A stretch of DNA of 63,980 nucleotides, filler included, from Albugo candida (lineage: Eukaryota): assembly GCA_040437565.1 (NCBI GenBank). It is 11 parts of 11 records of this genome, joined end to end, with 100 filler letters (N's around TTAATTAATTAA, not from the genome) between each part and the next. Parts side by side here need not be neighbours in the genome. Positions count along the whole stretch, not along the records: positions 12,489 to 18,590 come from JBDOQK010000143.1; positions 18,691 to 24,669 come from JBDOQK010000144.1; 9 more parts are not named here. One strand, given 5' to 3'. Numbering within the stretch: position 1 is the stretch's first letter; every line of letters starts with the position of its first letter. This document shows, in pieces, positions 13,148 to 24,769 of this stretch. The notes under the pieces were generated by a model that had not been told where the DNA came from, searched no databases, and saw only the letters and a list, made by a program, of their open reading frames with translations. The position numbers and the translations under genes are program-made.

Positions 13148-13696
13148 TCGCTTCAACAGTTGATATATTTCTTTTTACTACAGACGATTAGAAAAAAAAA
13201 AGGGTCCAATCTAACTTTTTTTTAATGAATATTAGATTTAAATCTACTTTGTTCAATCACAAAAGAAAAAACAAGCTGCTTTGTTAATTTAGTTGTAATA
13301 TCATCAAGCTGTATGCAATCGTCGAGGTAGTTTTTAAATAGTTTTGTTTCTTTGTCAAGCTTCTTGCAGCATTAGAGTACCTCTATGTAAAAAATTGTCT
13401 AATAAGAAAAAACTGTATAAATAAAGCTGATCATTTAATTGAACACAATAATTACATGATTTAGATGTTTTTCAGCTTTTAAATTTAAAGTGATGAGTTG
13501 TTCTAGTTATTGTCTATCGTTCATAAAAGTATAAGAGACTCATTGGAATAATTATATAAACGTTTTGTACAAAAAAGATCTTAAGAGGGAGAAAATTGGA
13601 GAGTTGGGGACAATAAGAAATGACTATTTTAACGAGTCACAATTTATACCTAAGCATGAGGAACAAAGTATTTTCTTTTTCTTTTATTCTTTTTTT

Positions 13697-16600
13697 TTAC
13701 AAATATCTACTACCATTTCCTATATTTTCTAGCAAAGATGTTCTTTGAATCTTTTTGGAAATCACCTTGAACTTTCTTTCATTTTCAGTACTACAACGTA
13801 CTAGGCCTATGGAACAATCTATTTCTTCCAACTGACACACAATAAACTTATGTTTATTTGCATCATGAAGGGTTACAATTGGAGTATAGACATCTGAGCG
13901 ACGAACGGCATGACGTTGAGCTATATCAACCAAAAGCAAAAACCTTTTTACACCAGCATGAGTATGTTCAAAAAAAAATACAATACCACCTACATACCAG
14001 CGTTCTATTGCTTGAGATGGAAGGGTTCTGTTTTAAAAAAAAGGTTAGAAACATTAATCATTAAGAATTTACAGTTTATACTTACGTTTCATGAAGCATT
14101 TTCAGCATGATGTAGTGATTCCCTCTTCTTCTTTCACCAATATGTTCACGGTAAAGACGTGAGACATATATTTTTTCTTCGAACCAACAACGACCAGCAA
14201 CAGTTAAACCATCATAGTTCATGGAAGTACTTGGAATGTTAATTCTTTCATAAAATCGACGAAGAGCAACAACAAATTTTAACCTAGTGACATCACATGG
14301 AAGAGCTGAGGGGTAAGCTGATACAAGTGGTGCTTCCCAAAGTTGAGCGGATGTCTTGTCATTGGCATCGAGAGGAATAAAAGAACTAGTATCGTATTTT
14401 CTTGGTGTAAGAAGGTTAATTTTTTCTTTTACGTTGATGTTTGAACTGAAGATGTAATTATACAACGTAACTCTTTCAAGAATATTACCAGCATTAGCAC
14501 CAACAGAAACTTTAGACTTGATTAATTTTTTGTATTGACCAATCGTTCTTTCCATCGATCTACCTGAATACGATCTCAACACACCTTGCTTTCTTATCAT
14601 AAATGGTATGTGATTTAAATAATGTTGTGTTGGTTTGAAAACACCGTGTCTAATTTTTTTTTCTTCTACTTCTTTCATTAGAAACTTGTTCCAAATCTTC
14701 ATTGCGCTAAAAAAATTGGTTTAAAAGTTAATATAAAAGGGTAATCACAACTTGAAAATAAATAACTTACTTTTCAAATCTTTTAATATCTATTTCTTTA
14801 ATCTCCCAGTTCATGATTGCAGCACAGGCTTTGGTTAAACAAAGTAGAGGTCTTTTGGTACGTTCGTGAATTAAAGCAGGGACAAATAAAGTTGGCACCA
14901 TATACAATAAGAAATCAATCCAATCCACCCCTCTATTACCAGCATTATAGACCATTGGATCTTCCCACTTTGAATCAAAACTACTTGGTACTGTTGTTCT
15001 TGATTTTTCGATGAGATTACCAATTTCTTTTAATTTTGTTTTTGGTATATCAAATGTGTATTCTTCATCAGTGTATATTAAAGGTGTACATTTATTAGAT
15101 TTGTATCTGACAGTCAACAATTCATATACATGTTTAGCAAGTCCTTGACCTATCAAATGAAGTTCTTCTAACCCAAAAAATGTAGCGCCTGTAAAAGTGT
15201 CAAGAGAAGAGAAAACGGATTTTGAAGCAATGTGATAATTCTAAAAAGGTAATACAAAAAAAGACACGTTAAAAAAGATTCAATTTTAATTTTTTTTTCT
15301 CTTTTTCTTTTTTTCTTTTAATGCTTACATTAGCTCTATAATAATCTGACTTGTTACGAATTGAATCGTCAAAAGTAAGGAAACAGGTGCGATTATCATG
15401 TCTTTTTGTTTCTACACGACAAATTCTACATCCATAACCACTTGAATGACCAGTATGTCTTGAAAGAGCAGCAGCTGCAGGCATGTCACCAGTAGCCATC
15501 ACAAGATTTATTTTAGCTTTGCATATTTCTTCACCATCACGTTTGACGACTAAACCATACTTGCTCAAGTCTTTAAATTCAGCAATGATTGGTTCAAGAA
15601 AAGAATCAATTACTTCAGGTGTTTTGGGACCTGGTAACACGCACAATTGTAGCATATATTCTTTTTTATACCTAACAGATTTAAATAGATTAACACATGA
15701 TCATAGTCTACAACATTTAAATTGACTTACCGAAATTCAGGAGGAATATTCATATTTAACAAATGAAGAATTGCAAGCTTGTCTCCTTTCTTTGAATTGC
15801 TCGGTCTAAATCCATCAACAAACAAAGCTAATGCAACATCGTCTTCACCAGAGAAAAGATCAGTATTGTTTTTCAAATTTTGATATTCTTCTCCATCAAA
15901 ATAATCTCTATAAACACCAGCTTCATGTTTGAAATTATGTCTATATTTCATTATTTTTCTAATATCATCGTTGGCCAACATTCGAGCGATTTGATCACCA
16001 ATAGACAATAACTTTACTTGTCGTAAAGGTCTGAATGATCTGTTGTCAGAAAAACGTTTACCATTACATTTGCTGCATGCAAGAGTTTGTTCATCGTTTT
16101 TACCAAAGAGTGTACAGCCATCTTTACATACATCGTACAAGTAACTTTTTACAGACAATTTTGCTTTTAATCTATTTTCAAGCGTATCCAAAAACAAGAG
16201 ACTTGAAGGTATTTTTCCTATTGTATATTACATTAGTATTCAATCATCAAAGTAACACTTTTTTTTTATTCTAGTTTTATTACCATTGTTGAATGTAGCC
16301 CCTTCAAGATTGTTTTTCAAAACAGTACGAAAAAAGTAAACTAATTCTCTTGAAGCTTCTCTTGGAATGGAATAAGCGTCAACGATTTCTCTAAAGTGAA
16401 TGCTATTTAATTCGGTTTCATCAAGACTAGCGTTAGAGTACAAGTTATAAACATGTGCTTGGCCATGGTAAGGTTCAAAATCAAAAGAAGAATAATATGG
16501 CAAAGAGTCAATTGAAGGAACTGCTATGAATTTATAAGTATACCAGCTTTATCTTTAATGTTTTTATAATACGTACGTTGTTCTAAAATAATATTTTCTT

Positions 16601-16823
16601 CTTCTAAAAAAGGATCCTCCATAACTACATCATCTGATCCAAAATCAACATTGTCTTCTTCTACATGATCAACTTCTTCAACTGCTTGAGCTGCTTGACC
16701 ATCAGTTACAATTATATTATGATGACCATATCGATTAATATGATATCTGACTTTAACTAAATTGTTAAAGGGACGTTTACAATCTGCACACATGTATTTA
16801 TTAAAGACAGAAAGGGCAGGCAT
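13697..16823 (-). CDS. CACTA/EnSpm-type (Transposase_21/Tnp2-like) transposase, 7 exons, 912 aa, apparently intact
   Basis: GT-AG introns at 16576-16524, 16283-16218, 15730-15672, 15328-15241, 14770-14707 and 14085-14028 join the ORFs into a 2739-nt stop-free frame. Motifs: N-terminal CxxC..H..H, YDVCKDGC, DYFDG, LFVDGF, NIPPEFRY, PGPK, FLEPII, GDMPAA, GCRIC, LEELHLIG, HYLNH, SMERTIG. Confidence 0.9.
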
Positions 16824-17286
16824 GATAATGAATGTTTTAGGTAAGTATAATTTTTATGGTATCAAAAGAGTTTTAATAGATTAGGATGGCGTCCTTATAT
16901 ACTTTTACTTAAAATAAAAATGAACTGCGTAAATATTTTTGATTTATAATTTATTATCTCTTAAACATTGATTTGTAATTGAAATTGAAACGATAAATTG
17001 AAAGATTACCTTTAATGGCACATTTCCGTAGTAAAGAAGTTTACAAAGCCTTCTTGCTGGGTTAAAATTAATAAATGCACCAATTATTTTTTATTAACTA
17101 CGCAAAAAAAAAAAAAGGTACCAACGCATATGAAGTAAATATGCTGCGGTATATCATATTAATCATCACAAAGACCTTTTTTGTTTTTACTACGAAATAT
17201 TATTTTATTATAAAAGAAAGTTCTTTTTATTTTACATCAATTGTTTCTCTTCTTTTACAATTTGTTTTCTTAACTCTTTTTTAAAA

Positions 17287-18035
17287 ATGAATCAATATCC
17301 CATCATCCATAAGCTCGTTGAAACCCAAAAATCATTAGTTCAAGAAATTGCCTATCTCAAGTCTACTATTGAAGAACTCGTTAAAATTTTTGGTCCTATG
17401 TTACCAAGAGATCATGTTATGAACGCCTCAACTAATGTTGATATCATTTCATCAAGTAATCAAGGTTTGTATATATATACATATTTAACTGTTTATTTAA
17501 TCCAATTATATTAAAAATGATTTACAATAGCTCGTTTAGATGGTGTAGCACCAGTTAACAATCCTAATCTTCATGGTGATAGAACTATTCCAATTGTACT
17601 TGATAGTGCTAGAAAAGATGTAGTTGCTAAAAAAACAAACGTCACTCCAGATGTAAAACGTAGAATTCTTGCCATGTTGACATATTTTAAACAAAGAAGC
17701 AATTACTTAGGAGATGATCTGGAAGACAAGGTAAACATGGAATACAAATCGTTGCAACAGATGGCAAAAATGGTACATGATGAAATGCTTCTGTATTTGA
17801 AGAAAGTAAACAACGATATCAACTATTTGTGTCCTTGGTCTGAAGTTTCAAAAGAAGTGAAGTTGAAATACTCGTTGATTCTCGAAAGAAAAGCTCAGAT
17901 CGTTGGTCATCCCATTTACGAATGTATTGAGTGTTGGTGTGCTGACAGACTTCTTTTTCAAATCCACAAGGGTCGTTACAAGCCAAAAGCTTCTTCTAGG
18001 TATGTAATTCAATCTGCTCAATTTTATATTATGTT

Positions 18036-18071
<36 letters not shown>

Positions 18072-18590
18072 CAAAGCTAAAGTTAAAGAAGCTAAAGGCA
18101 ATAAAGCTGGTCATTCTTCTAAAAGTGCTCAAGTTGAAAGAGAAGTTGATTGTAATGAAATTGGTGATTTATCTAGAAGAGCCAGGTCTCAAAACGAATT
18201 GAACCAGTATCAGCAGCTTTACAATGTTGGTACTTTAAACGAAGATGATGACGATGAAGTAGAAGGTGAAGAAGAAGAAGAAGCTCCTACTGTAAAAATA
18301 ACAAGAAAAAAAAGAGTGGTTGAAAGTGATGAAGAAGAAGAAGAAGTACAAATAACAAGAAAAAAAAGAGTAATTGAAAAAGATGTTGACGAAGAAGAAG
18401 AAGACGATGAAGAAGAAACGATTCGTGAAAATAAAAAAGAATCAATTAAAAATAGAAAAAGGGCTCGAATTGAAGAAGAAGAACAAGAAGTAGTAGTAGA
18501 AGCAGCTCCTGTCAAACAGGTAAAAAAGAAAGTAACTAGAAAACCAGTTGCTTCTAAAGTTAATAAGAAACGTCAAATAAAGAAAAAAAA
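17287..18590 (+). CDS. Divergent partner ORF of the transposon (unknown function; acidic/basic C-terminus; 3' truncated)
   Basis: Introns 17465-17530 and 18000-18071 give a continuous frame. N-terminal coiled coil, core PWSEV...LERKA...CWCADRLL, and E/D-rich tracts with repeated ITRKKRV (NLS-like). Confidence 0.75.
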
Positions 18591-18690
18591 NNNNNNNNNN
18601 NNNNNNNNNNNNNNNNNNNNNNNNNNNNNNNNNNTTAATTAATTAANNNNNNNNNNNNNNNNNNNNNNNNNNNNNNNNNNNNNNNNNNNN
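18591..18690. other. Artificial contig linker
   Basis: 44 N + TTAATTAATTAA + 44 N. Confidence 0.99.
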
Positions 18691-21600
18691 AGCCTTGATT
18701 CTCGATAGGCTGCGATTCACGCCTTCCATACATTAGAGTCTTTCAACCCCAAGTCCTCATTTACCTGCATCGATCGGGGTCACTCCATATTACTGCTCCT
18801 TTGTGGACCGTTAAGGATGCACTTGATGTTTTGGTCGTAGCATACAATAGATACTATTCCTATCTATGCTTTATTGATGATCGGTTCAGGGCTCGTACTT
18901 TTCCTGGTTTTTTAATTTCATGACAGAAGCTGAGCTGCCAATGTTTCTGCTTTTCGATTTTATCGTCTAACCGGTCGACCGCTACTTTCTGCTTCCAGTA
19001 TTCACAAGGTTTAAAGGGGATAAATTTTCTCTCGATCGAAGCACTTTTGGCCCACGCATAGTCTCACTGCGAACTGGAAAAAATTCCATGCGTGGAACCT
19101 AGAAAAACCACGTCGTTGTTAAAAAATGATATACCGTATCCAGGTCGAGTGCTGATGCATTGTGTCTACATTTGATACATTCTCTTCACAATCGATAAAT
19201 CTGGTCCGGAACTCTCCTTTTTCTGCCTATGATATCCCAGCTTCGGCGATTGTTATCATTCTTTCCCTACACTTTGACTCACGGAATCGACGGATCTTTA
19301 CTAGCCTTCTATTCGGGATACATGCTGAGATCATTCTGTTGCGTCAATAATTTAGCACTTTGGACAGCATCTGGAAAGACTTGGGAGACTGATTACCTTG
19401 AGATATCCGCCCACAAAAGCTTAAATGAGGCAAACCGAAAGGAATCTAAATGTCTTTCCATAAATGTATTGCCTTTTGTGCAACAACACCCACACACGCG
19501 TATGACGTGAATGAAACTCGTCGCATGTCGTCTAATCGTGTACCATCAAGCGGTATATGACGAGGACACTTTGGTCTCATCGGAGTGTGTCTCGTGAGCT
19601 AATGTATCATTATATCAAGTTCTGGAGATTCTGATAGCGATCATACGGCAAGCATTCGTTTGGAATATCGATATGATGACATTGATATAGATTTCTGCGG
19701 TCACTACCCGAAGGTCCGGTTTCTCCCCAGTCGTAACAGCATTGGCAACGCTACAAGGGGCTCATAAGGATGGTTTTATAACTAGGCAAACTGCCTGAGG
19801 TAGAATACACTATGGAAAGCAACATGCTGCGTGTAATTACGACAATTGAACTGAAGCTCTTGAAAAAGTGTACACGATATCAAGATCATTGCAAAATGTT
19901 GCACGATTGTTCTCTTTGGTACTTCATCAAGGAGTGCTAAGGTTCATTCACCATTGATGACAACCGGGGGATAAGTCTCGTGTATGGCTCCGGCCACTGG
20001 TTTTATATTACTGTGTTTTTGTAGAATGTAATGGTACACTCCAGTGCTCATGTCGACCACAATGTCTGACCGATCGGCCGTGCGTTCATACACGAAAAGC
20101 TATCGTGAAGCTTGCCGAGTTTGATTTCAACGCAGCGCGCAATACAAAGTCGGCTAAGCGGCTCGGTCTCATCAAGCAACTGCATTCCTACTACAATAAC
20201 ACGCATTGAGCGGTGTCCTCTTATTGAGGCATTGGCTCTTCCACAAAGTGCGAGTCAAAGTCATCTGAAAACTCGACCTCATCGTTGCCCAAATGCTCAG
20301 TGCAACGGTACAATTGATTACCCAATAAGTACATATTAGCCGACCCATACCTTTGCGTGTTTCTAATAGGCTTTACGTGGGATAAGGGACAAATTGTCGC
20401 ACAAAACAAAAGAACGACTCGATCCTACTCGTCAATATTTCATGCTGTAATAATGCGTGTGTCGAGTTGACTTGAAAATGTCCACCGCAATTTGATGATC
20501 TACCAGGTTTAGTAGCATTTGATTGGGGCGACTGTATGAGACTCGTTATCTTTGTACTGATTGTTTGCTCTCTGCGTATAGATCGTGATCTCACGTATAC
20601 TTTTATTGATATCTTCATGTGCCGTACTGGAGACGCCAATTTCTACAAGTCCAAAACAAGTCATTCACAACAACACTCATTGGCTCAATATAGAAATGAG
20701 GTGCCGTTAATTAGCCGGGCTTCATGAGCTATTTTCCTGCTACAAACATTCCAGCTCGAGTAGTTGTCGATCAAAGTTGTAACATCATCAAGACGTGAAG
20801 TATCTAAGGAAGACCCAATCAATGCACCAACAATCTCGTTCTACAGGCGGATCGAAGCCGGCCATATTGCTTTGAGACACCGCTCGTCATAATGCCACTG
20901 CCACTGTTTCTAGCTTCCACGTTTCTGTAGCTGTAGCTCATTTTGTCCGACTTGGCAATAGTATACGCAAACTACTTCGGAGCGATCTAGGGTAATTTTA
21001 CAAAAGTACTCAAGTGAGTCTCATACAACCCGTAATGGGAGAACCCGTAACGTTTGGAGACGGAATTGGCGTGTACTTTTCCACTGTGTACGTGGGCTTC
21101 ATGTATACTAGCCATCGCTGACAGTTGCTGTACCGCAACCGTAGTGTCGATAGTACTTGTGGGAGACATTACACTGTACACGCTTCCGACTACAGTACGG
21201 TTGTTGGCATTCGCAATGTATAGTCCACTAATACTTCTTGCTTCCTTTCGCAGCAGTAACCGTGTGATATTGTGACCTTACTACCTGTAAAGGGTTGCAT
21301 ACGGTGGAAATATACAGCTATAATATCAACCATCTCTCGCATGATCGTTGTTGTAATTATAGCTTCCATTCTGTCGTGCATGCTCGTGTACCGCAGAGCC
21401 ATGTATGTGACATAGACCTGAAACCGCAGCGGTTATCGTAATGACTGTCTTCTCAATCTCGATGAGTCAAGCAAGAAGCAACCCACATCTTATAACAGTT
21501 TCTGACCGTTAACCCTCATTAGTTATAGAGCGTCTGTTAGAAGCATTGATTTTTTTATATTGTCGTCAGGCGTGGCCGGTATACCTGCCTACTGCTCTTC

Positions 21601-21733
21601 CTGATAGGGTAGGTTTAACGGAATTGATTGCGCTCGCACCATGCGTCAGAATGTGTGTTCCTCTCCAGTCCTCTACCACATTCTCTACTTCAATGACTTT
21701 TAACCTCACAACATTTTACTCTCGCACACCGAT

Positions 21734-23248
21734 ATGTTCCGTTCGCTCTGTATCGTGCTATTTAGTACCCTAGCACACAACGTGCTTTCTCAAAATTGTA
21801 CTGTCGCGCAGTACTTTGATGCGGAAACTTCGCGCTGTGTCAACTTTACGAATCCTGCGGAGAAAGCTTCCACAGATTTCAGTTCCGAAGTGAATCGAGG
21901 CAACACAGCATGGCTATTGATGTCATCAGCAATGGTAATGATTATGACGCCTGGTGTCGCCTTCTTTTACGCAGGACTGGCCGGTGAATCAATGGCTTCC
22001 AACACGATTATGATGTCATTTTGTAGTATCGCTTTGGTATCGATCCATTTCTTCTTTTTCGGGTATTCTGTATCCTTCGCGTCAAATGGATTATTCGATT
22101 GGGCGTTCTTTCGAAATGTGAATGGAACGCCAAGTGGAGTGTATGGCCAACAGATTCCTTCAATTCTATTCGCTTTATTTCAGACACAATTCGCGATGAT
22201 CACACCCGCGCTGCTGAGTGGCGGAATTGTGGGTCGGATGAAATTTGGGACATTTATTGTATTTGTCATTTTGTGGACTTCGTTGGTGTACGATCCATTG
22301 GCGCATTGGATGTGGTCGTACCAGTTGGATGAATCGTATACTTTGGTTGCGCGAGGATGGGAAGCTAGATGGGGAAGTTTGGATTTTGCCGGAGGAACAG
22401 TAATACACATTTCGAGCGGGTTTGGAGCACTGGTTGCTGCTATTGTTGTTGGAAAGCGGTATAATCACGGAGAACCTGTGAAGCCTCATAATGTCCCACT
22501 GGTTATGATCGGATGCACGCTTCTTTGGTTCGGATGGTTTGGATTCAATGCGGGGTCTTCTGGAGGAGCAGACGGAGTAGCCGCTATCGCAGCTGTTAAT
22601 ACACACTTGGCCGCATCCGCAGGATTTCTGACATGGATTTTGTTAGCGTATATCATTGAACACAAGGTGGAGCCGTGTGGAGCTGCCAGTGGTGCTGTTG
22701 CTGGCTTGGTAGCGATCACTCCTGGATGTGGTTATGTGATGCCTTGGGCATCTTTGATATTCGGAATTGTTGGGGCTCTGGTTGGATTTACTTTTATAAG
22801 GTTGAAGAATAGGCTTCGTTATGACGATACATTGGACTCTTTTGCAATACACGGCTGTGCAGGGTTTGCAGGCGGGATTCTAACTGGGCTATTTGCGACT
22901 TCGGACGTAAATCCCGCGATTAAAGGAGGTCTTTTCTATGGGAATGGAAGTCAGTTCTGGTACCAACTAGCAGCACAATGCGTATCTGCAGGATATTCAA
23001 CAGTGGTGACATTTTTGATTCTCATGTTTCTCAAATATACACTGGGTCTTCGCGTTCCAGAGGAAAAAGAGCTTTCGGGAATGGACGTTTCGTATCACGG
23101 CGGTACGGCGTACAACGACACACCAATGACAGTGGCAATCGCAAATCCTCCAGAAACAGAATTCACAACTCTGACCACGCCCGCATCCGTTCCAATGTTT
23201 GCTGGAACGAATTTAGACCGTCATCACAACGAAATCTCATCAGCGTGA
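21734..23248 (+). CDS. AMT: Ammonium transporter (Amt/Mep family), 504 aa
   Basis: MTPGVAFFYAG, FQTQFAMITP, DFAGGTVIH, LWFGWFGFNAGS, GAVAGLVAITPG, DDTLDSFAIHG. Twin His and Phe gate residues are present. Confidence 0.97.
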   Translation: MFRSLCIVLFSTLAHNVLSQNCTVAQYFDAETSRCVNFTNPAEKASTDFSSEVNRGNTAWLLMSSAMVMIMTPGVAFFYAGLAGESMASNTIMMSFCSIALVSIHFFFFGYSVSFASNGLFDWAFFRNVNGTPSGVYGQQIPSILFALFQTQFAMITPALLSGGIVGRMKFGTFIVFVILWTSLVYDPLAHWMWSYQLDESYTLVARGWEARWGSLDFAGGTVIHISSGFGALVAAIVVGKRYNHGEPVKPHNVPLVMIGCTLLWFGWFGFNAGSSGGADGVAAIAAVNTHLAASAGFLTWILLAYIIEHKVEPCGAASGAVAGLVAITPGCGYVMPWASLIFGIVGALVGFTFIRLKNRLRYDDTLDSFAIHGCAGFAGGILTGLFATSDVNPAIKGGLFYGNGSQFWYQLAAQCVSAGYSTVVTFLILMFLKYTLGLRVPEEKELSGMDVSYHGGTAYNDTPMTVAIANPPETEFTTLTTPASVPMFAGTNLDRHHNEISSA

Positions 23249-23282
23249 TTGAGATGTAATAAATGCAAAAGAACGATCAAGC

Positions 23283-23350
23283 TTGATTGGACATAAATAG
23301 ATTCTGAATAATTTGATTGGATACTGTATCTGATCTACTCGTTTGATTGG
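23283..23350. promoter_or_regulatory. Three CCAAT boxes (TTGATTGG) at exact 30-bp spacing
   Basis: TTGATTGG at 23283, 23313 and 23343, upstream of ATG 23394. Confidence 0.7.
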
Positions 23351-23393
23351 CGTAATTGTACTTGAAAATCTGACCATTGCCTTATCACCGAAA

Positions 23394-24669
23394 ATGGCGA
23401 GCGAAAATGTACTCGCGAAAAACGTTTTGCATTGTTTACTTGTGAGCCTTCCAAAAGAAGTCGAAAGCGAGGAGGCACGAAAGCAGTTGTCTCATGTCAT
23501 TGCACATTGGATTCCTGTATTGTCTCAGCAACAAGTGTTTGCATCAGTGTCATCCGTTCGCGTCTTGAGCGAGTTTCAAGCCAGAATTCTTTCATTCATC
23601 GAAGCAAACGGATTCCACAGACACACAGAACTTTCGTGTCTTCAGCTACTTTGTCCTTTTGCGCAGCAATGCTCCTATAAAGTCATGGAGCCATTCATTT
23701 TACGTTACTTAGAGGCGCTATTAAATTTGTTGCGATCATTCGGAAATGATGCTTTCGTATACACACAAATATGTATACTTTTGCAAGCATTATTCCAGTA
23801 CACACAATGGTATACTTCAACATTACGTCGCGAAATGCTCGGCACTTTTACAAAATTAATTCCCATTCTCATCACAAAATTGACAGAAATTGCAAATACA
23901 GCCACCTCAGAATCTCCATCCACAAATACGCAAGCTCCCAATCCATCAAACACTGCAATCAGCACCGGCATCGACGTCTTCAAAGTGCTATTGCAACAAA
24001 ATCCCACTTCAATGCGCTCCTTCACCGCCAAAATTGAGACAGCAATTAGCGTCGTCTTCCACACCACTCAGTACACAAATTTGGATTGCGGCCTTTGCAG
24101 TATGAAATGTATGGGCTTACTCGCCAATGCCAGCGATAACATTGCTCATTCCTGGCTCCAAATCACATCAATGCTTATTGAAGTCTTACACGTACAGCTC
24201 GACCTTTTGGATGGAAAACGAGCCAATGCAACCAAATCGCAACAGCCAAAACACTGGATTCGAAATAGCGTAAAGGAGCATCCATTGTCGGGGTGTCAAC
24301 GTGCCAATCTGATTCTCGTGCGGTGCCAAATGGCTGTACAAGCTCTGCTCGCGTGTCTGAAGAATGATCGCATCACGGAGCGAGAGATTCAGCAGATCAC
24401 GTCGGAGATAATTGGGATTGTACGTCGAGCTGTTTCAATTGAAGTGAGTCAAGTTGGCCCACAAAGCATGATTTCGAGTGATGGGTTGTGTCTTCCGGCT
24501 TGTTATGTGCACGGGATACTACCAGGCATTCACAAAGTGTTTCTGAGAGTATTTGGTGCGTTTGTGAGTGCGTCCGGCTTGAATGCATTACGACATACAA
24601 GTGCTATTGCTCGCATCTTCTCATTGGCATTTACGCGAGTTCATTCGCTGCATCGTTCCAGTTTGTACG
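23394..24669 (+). CDS. RIX1/PELP1-like armadillo-repeat pre-rRNA processing protein (3' truncated)
   Basis: Long helical ORF open to the contig end. LRREM...KLIPIL, LLQQNPTSMRSFTAKIE and LPGIH segments resemble the RIX1 N-terminal domain. First ATG at 23394. Confidence 0.55.
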
Positions 24670-24769
24670 NNNNNNNNNNNNNNNNNNNNNNNNNNNNNNN
24701 NNNNNNNNNNNNNTTAATTAATTAANNNNNNNNNNNNNNNNNNNNNNNNNNNNNNNNNNNNNNNNNNNN
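24670..24769. other. Artificial contig linker
   Basis: 44 N + TTAATTAATTAA + 44 N. Confidence 0.99.

Larger units (their letters stand above)
12489..18590. mobile_element. CACTA/CMC-superfamily DNA transposon (partial) on an AT-rich, probably fungal (Mucorales-like) contig
   Basis: Transposase gene plus divergent second gene. TGACAA/TTGTCA subterminal-type motifs at 12489-12665. Composition and long poly-A/T runs differ from the oomycete contigs. Confidence 0.8.

Noticed and set aside
18000-18071. Poly-Phe tract in the 322-aa ORF
   Set aside because: It is the poly-T tract of a 72-nt in-frame GT-AG intron
19000-21400. Cys-spaced minus-strand fragments resembling effector relics
   Set aside because: No continuous frame or diagnostic motif I can support
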